Positions 60,530 to 64,000 of a stretch of 64,000 nucleotides of DNA are shown one piece after another. The notes beneath the pieces are model-generated. The model had not been told where the DNA came from. It saw only the letters and a list, made by a program, of their open reading frames with translations, and did not search any database. The stretch is taken from assembly GCA_963664705.1 (NCBI GenBank), contig OY761556.1, positions 5,280,001-5,344,000 on the forward strand. The letters are read 5' to 3'. How positions within the stretch are numbered: position 1 is the first letter of the stretch; each line of letters opens with the position of its first letter. Position numbers and translations under genes: made by a program. The DNA is from Acidobacteriota bacterium (GTDB lineage: Bacteria; Acidobacteriota; UBA6911).

Positions 60530-61783
60530 ATGATCGCTGAAATAATAAAACGCGTGCTCGAGAATATTGTGGCGTACAGGAAGCGGTCTCTCATGACCAT
60601 TGTGGGCGTAGCGTGGGGAATTGCATCCTATATCCTCCTCATTGCCTACGGCGATGATTTCCATCGCGCGCTGCTCCTGGGGATGCGGTACTTCGGCGAC
60701 AATATTGTCGTGGTCTGGAACGGACAGACATCCATGCAGGCAGGAGGGTCCCGCGCGGGCAGGGTTGTTAGAACGGAGCCTGGCGATGTGGATGCCATCC
60801 GCCAGAGATGTACGCTGGTAAAAAGGGTCAGCCCGGAGGTTTATGACGAGTTTCAGTTGCGTTGGGGCGATCGGCTGACGAGCGCGGGCATCCGTGCCGT
60901 CAATGATGAGTATGGAGCTATGCGCGGCATGTTCATGGAGGAAGGGCGGTTTCTCAGTGCCGAAGATGTTTCGAGTATGCGGCGTGTTGTCGTGTTGGGA
61001 CACGATCTGAAAAGGAAACTATTCAGCCAGGCGCCTGCGATTGACCAGGATGTATTTATCAATGGGCTGCGATTTTCTGTGGTTGGCGTTGTCCGAAAGA
61101 AGATTTCCCTCTCCAACTATTTTTCGCAGGATGACAGCAATGCCATCATCCCGATCAATGTCATGGGGATCATGCGGGATATCCGATATAACAGCGTTCT
61201 GGTCTTCCAGCCGGTCAGCGGTTCCATGGAACCGGCGGCAACGCGCCAGGTCCGCCAGGTCCTGAGTGAGATTCACAAGTTCAACCCTGCGGACATGAAA
61301 GCTTTGAATATGAATTCTTCCAGCGAGGGCTTCAACATTGTTAATGGCCTGGGATTGGCCATCAGAGGGCTGCTGGGCGTGATTGGAATCTTCACCTTGG
61401 CCGTTGCCGGAGTCGGCATCATGAACATCATGTTGTTTTGCGTCAAAGAACGGACGCACGAAATCGGCGTACTGCGGGCCCTGGGAGCGCGGAAGCGACA
61501 TATTCGCATGCAATTTCTGGGTGAAGCGTTTGCGCTGTCGATCCTGGGTGGCATTATCGGATATGTATTGTCGATCGGGATCGCGCATTGGATCGGTGTT
61601 ATCCCTTTTCTGGGCCCGATATTTGAAGATGCCAGCGGTCAGGGAGACATTCACCTCGTGGTCAACTCGCGGGTGTTTATTACCTCATTTATTACCTTCG
61701 CCATTATCGGGCTGCTATCCGGAACCTGGCCCGCAGTCAAAGCTTCCAAACTGGATCCGGTTGAAGCGTTGCGCTCTGAATAA
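60530..61783 (+). CDS. MacB/FtsX-family ABC permease
   Basis: RSLMTIVGVAWG, AGVGIMNIML..VKERTHEIG, DPVEALRSE. Confidence 0.93.
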   Translation: MIAEIIKRVLENIVAYRKRSLMTIVGVAWGIASYILLIAYGDDFHRALLLGMRYFGDNIVVVWNGQTSMQAGGSRAGRVVRTEPGDVDAIRQRCTLVKRVSPEVYDEFQLRWGDRLTSAGIRAVNDEYGAMRGMFMEEGRFLSAEDVSSMRRVVVLGHDLKRKLFSQAPAIDQDVFINGLRFSVVGVVRKKISLSNYFSQDDSNAIIPINVMGIMRDIRYNSVLVFQPVSGSMEPAATRQVRQVLSEIHKFNPADMKALNMNSSSEGFNIVNGLGLAIRGLLGVIGIFTLAVAGVGIMNIMLFCVKERTHEIGVLRALGARKRHIRMQFLGEAFALSILGGIIGYVLSIGIAHWIGVIPFLGPIFEDASGQGDIHLVVNSRVFITSFITFAIIGLLSGTWPAVKASKLDPVEALRSE

Positions 61784-61844
61784 AGATCGCTTAGGCCTTC
61801 GTGTCGTTTCTGTTTTTCATTACAATATGCACTGGGAGCCTAAA

Positions 61845-62309
61845 ATGAAAAAAATAATAGTGCTTGTGGCGTGCATATTGGGTCTGACTTCACTGTATTG
61901 CTTGGGCGATGTGCCTGTGAATGAAATCACCAGGCAAAAAGTACTTTCACAGGAGGAATGGCAGACGAGGTATGACTCCTATCAGGTGGATGCCGCCGGG
62001 ATTGAGGCTATGAAGGCAAAGCTTGGGGATGTGCATATCGACATTTACCTCGGGCTGTGGTGTTCAGATTCCAGGAATAACGTCCCGCCATTTATCAAGA
62101 TACTGGACGCTGCCGGTGTTTCGGTTCCGGTAAAATTCTTCAACGTGCAGCGGAAGCCGGTCAAGACAATCAAGTTCTTCTCGGATAAATACCAGATCGA
62201 AAGGGTGCCTACATTTATCTTTTACAGGGGAGATACGGAGATAGGACGGATTATCGAAAATCCGACAACCAGCCTTATAGAGGATTCGATCGCAATCCTG
62301 TCAAAATAG
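61845..62309 (+). CDS. Exported thioredoxin-like protein (CxxS)
   Basis: Signal peptide MKKIIVLVA, WCSDS, RVPTFIF, EIGRIIENP; GGGAG RBS. Confidence 0.82.
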   Translation: MKKIIVLVACILGLTSLYCLGDVPVNEITRQKVLSQEEWQTRYDSYQVDAAGIEAMKAKLGDVHIDIYLGLWCSDSRNNVPPFIKILDAAGVSVPVKFFNVQRKPVKTIKFFSDKYQIERVPTFIFYRGDTEIGRIIENPTTSLIEDSIAILSK

Positions 62310-62335
62310 GACGATCTACTTTGAGCCGCCGCCTG

Positions 62336-62362
62336 CTGGGAGCGCGCCGGCGGCGCTCCCAG
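62336..62362. terminator. GC-rich hairpin between convergent genes (terminator or REP-like)
   Basis: ctgggagcgc-gccggcg-gcgctcccag. Confidence 0.5.
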
Positions 62363-62382
62363 TGGGTCCGGTATAAAAGTAT

Positions 62383-63900
62383 TTATTCTATTACTACACG
62401 GCGGCCATCGTACGCCGGCGTAACGGTTCCCTTTTTTCGAATTACCGAAATAACGCTATCCAGACGCGGCTTGCCAGTGTTCTTTACCTGAATTCCCTTC
62501 AGGGCAAATCCGGCAAAGTAGGAATTGGTGCTCCCCAGGTAGACGCGATTATCCTGAATGGGTTTTCCACCAATAGTGGCCTGTACCAGCTTGTTTCCCT
62601 CAATGCGATATTGAAGGCCGGAAACGGCGGGTTTGTTCTTTTGCAGGATCTCTTTCAGTTCGCGGCCTTTAACCTGGAATGTGATAACTGTATTGTCGAA
62701 GGGATCCATATTTACAAGGTCGGCTTTTGTAATTTTTCCCGCAACGAGATCAGATCGGATGCCACCGAGATTTTCGAGATCAAATTGAGTTTTGAATGCC
62801 TCGCGGATGGAATCGCTGAAGAGATTGTAATGTGCAAGGTCATCCCCGCGGGAGATAAAGTCTGCGGCGGCTTCTCCAATTACTTCCCCGAATTTTGAGG
62901 AGATCGGTTTCCAGAAGCGGTCCACAACCGAGGCAACTTCGGGGTCCTCAGGAATATCCGTAGTAACCGGGATCAGCCGGGCGCGATAGCGATCAACGTG
63001 CCAGGCGCCTTGATCATCTTTATCAAAGAGCAGATCGAGTCGGCCGAGTTCGCCGGCCCATTGATGAGCTTGAACGATAACGGTGCCGTTGACCTCTTTT
63101 TCTTTGAGCTGATCGGAGTGCCAAACAAAATCACCAATGGGAAGGCGAGAGTGAGAATGTCCGCCAACAATGACATCGAGGCCGGGAACGTTGGCCGCAA
63201 TTTTCTCATCCAGTGTTTCGCCCGCATGGGAAATTGCGATGATGATGTCTACCTTCGGGCGGAGCGTCTGTACCATTTCCTTTGCGGCCTTAATCTCATC
63301 TACAATGGTGACTCCCTCTTTTCCGGCAGGATAGGTTGCGGCCTCGTGCGTAATAAGGCCGAAGATGCCAATTTTCAGGAGCGGCAACTCGCGAATGGCG
63401 TACGTTTGAGTCAGAGGTTTGTTCGTGGACGATTCGATGGCATTTGCGCAAAGCACCGGATACTTGATCTGGGCCAGGAGACTTTTCAATCGCGCGAGCG
63501 GATTGTTGAATTCGTGATTGCCGAGTGTGGCGAAATTATAACCGGCTGCATTCATGGCCGCGATATCGGCTTCGCCGTGGTACTCCGTAGAAAAGGGGGT
63601 CCCGTCACTAAAATCACCTGCATCGACAAGCCAAACCTCGGTGCCTTTGGGGCGAAGCTCGTCCCGCAGACGTTTTACAAGGGTCGCGCGGCGGGCGATA
63701 CCGCCAATATTCCGCCTGACGGTCATTCCGGAAAGCTCAGAGCCGGGGGGAACATTGGTGGGATAGCTGAAGGGCAACAAATGGCCGTGCGTGTCATTGG
63801 TGTGGAGGATGGTCAGTGAAACCTGCTGTGCGGAGAGCGAGACGGTCCCAAAAAGAACCGCAAAGATAATAATCCATGCGAGCGATAAGCGTTTTTTCAT
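62383..63900 (-). CDS. Exported bifunctional 5'-nucleotidase/UDP-sugar hydrolase
   Basis: Signal peptide, HTNDTHGH, DAGD, GNHEF, SHAG, GGHSH, GGIR; GGAGG RBS before ATG 63900. Confidence 0.92.
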   Translation of the reverse strand: MKKRLSLAWIIIFAVLFGTVSLSAQQVSLTILHTNDTHGHLLPFSYPTNVPPGSELSGMTVRRNIGGIARRATLVKRLRDELRPKGTEVWLVDAGDFSDGTPFSTEYHGEADIAAMNAAGYNFATLGNHEFNNPLARLKSLLAQIKYPVLCANAIESSTNKPLTQTYAIRELPLLKIGIFGLITHEAATYPAGKEGVTIVDEIKAAKEMVQTLRPKVDIIIAISHAGETLDEKIAANVPGLDVIVGGHSHSRLPIGDFVWHSDQLKEKEVNGTVIVQAHQWAGELGRLDLLFDKDDQGAWHVDRYRARLIPVTTDIPEDPEVASVVDRFWKPISSKFGEVIGEAAADFISRGDDLAHYNLFSDSIREAFKTQFDLENLGGIRSDLVAGKITKADLVNMDPFDNTVITFQVKGRELKEILQKNKPAVSGLQYRIEGNKLVQATIGGKPIQDNRVYLGSTNSYFAGFALKGIQVKNTGKPRLDSVISVIRKKGTVTPAYDGRRVVIE

Positions 63901-64000
63901 AATACCTCCACAGAATGCGCAGATGTCAGCAAACAAGCCAAGCCTAACAGGGCTGCGCTGATTCAAACTGATATTTTATTTTTCGGCAAGGACAAACTGC

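Overview
This is a bacterial chromosome segment at the replication origin, most likely from an anaerobic Acidobacteriota-like organism (inferred from the DnaA GGKHHTT variant, the kinase/CsgG gene types and the fermentative genes). It has four parts. (1) 1-12.9 kb: gyrA(partial)-gyrB-recF-dnaN-dnaA with a bipartite oriC (DnaA boxes plus DnaA-trios), followed by HIT, ihfB, sppA and rpsA. (2) 13.4-14.3 kb: an archaeal/methanogen-type thymidylate synthase. (3) 14.3-47 kb: a type VI secretion locus (tssBC-hcp-tagJ-tssAEFGH-PAAR-kinase; tssK1; tssK2-L-M) with no tssJ, vgrG, FHA or phosphatase gene in the window. (4) 47-64 kb: a 2-hydroxyacid/2-hydroxyacyl-CoA fermentation cluster, a MacAB-like exporter, a thioredoxin-like protein and a 5'-nucleotidase. 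The best candidate for an undescribed system is a post-translational-modification module interleaved with the T6SS. It comprises three protein-type SAM methyltransferases that each end in a PqqD/RRE-like winged-helix domain, two membrane Ser/Thr kinases, and a tail-anchored Pro-rich protein with a kinase-N-lobe-like head and 12 copies of a G-x-x-T-x-hydrophobic-F motif that also appears once in TssM. The locus also holds a CsgG/FlgT-like exported protein that may stand in for TssJ and two candidate effectors. All family calls come from reading motifs by eye; no database searches were run.
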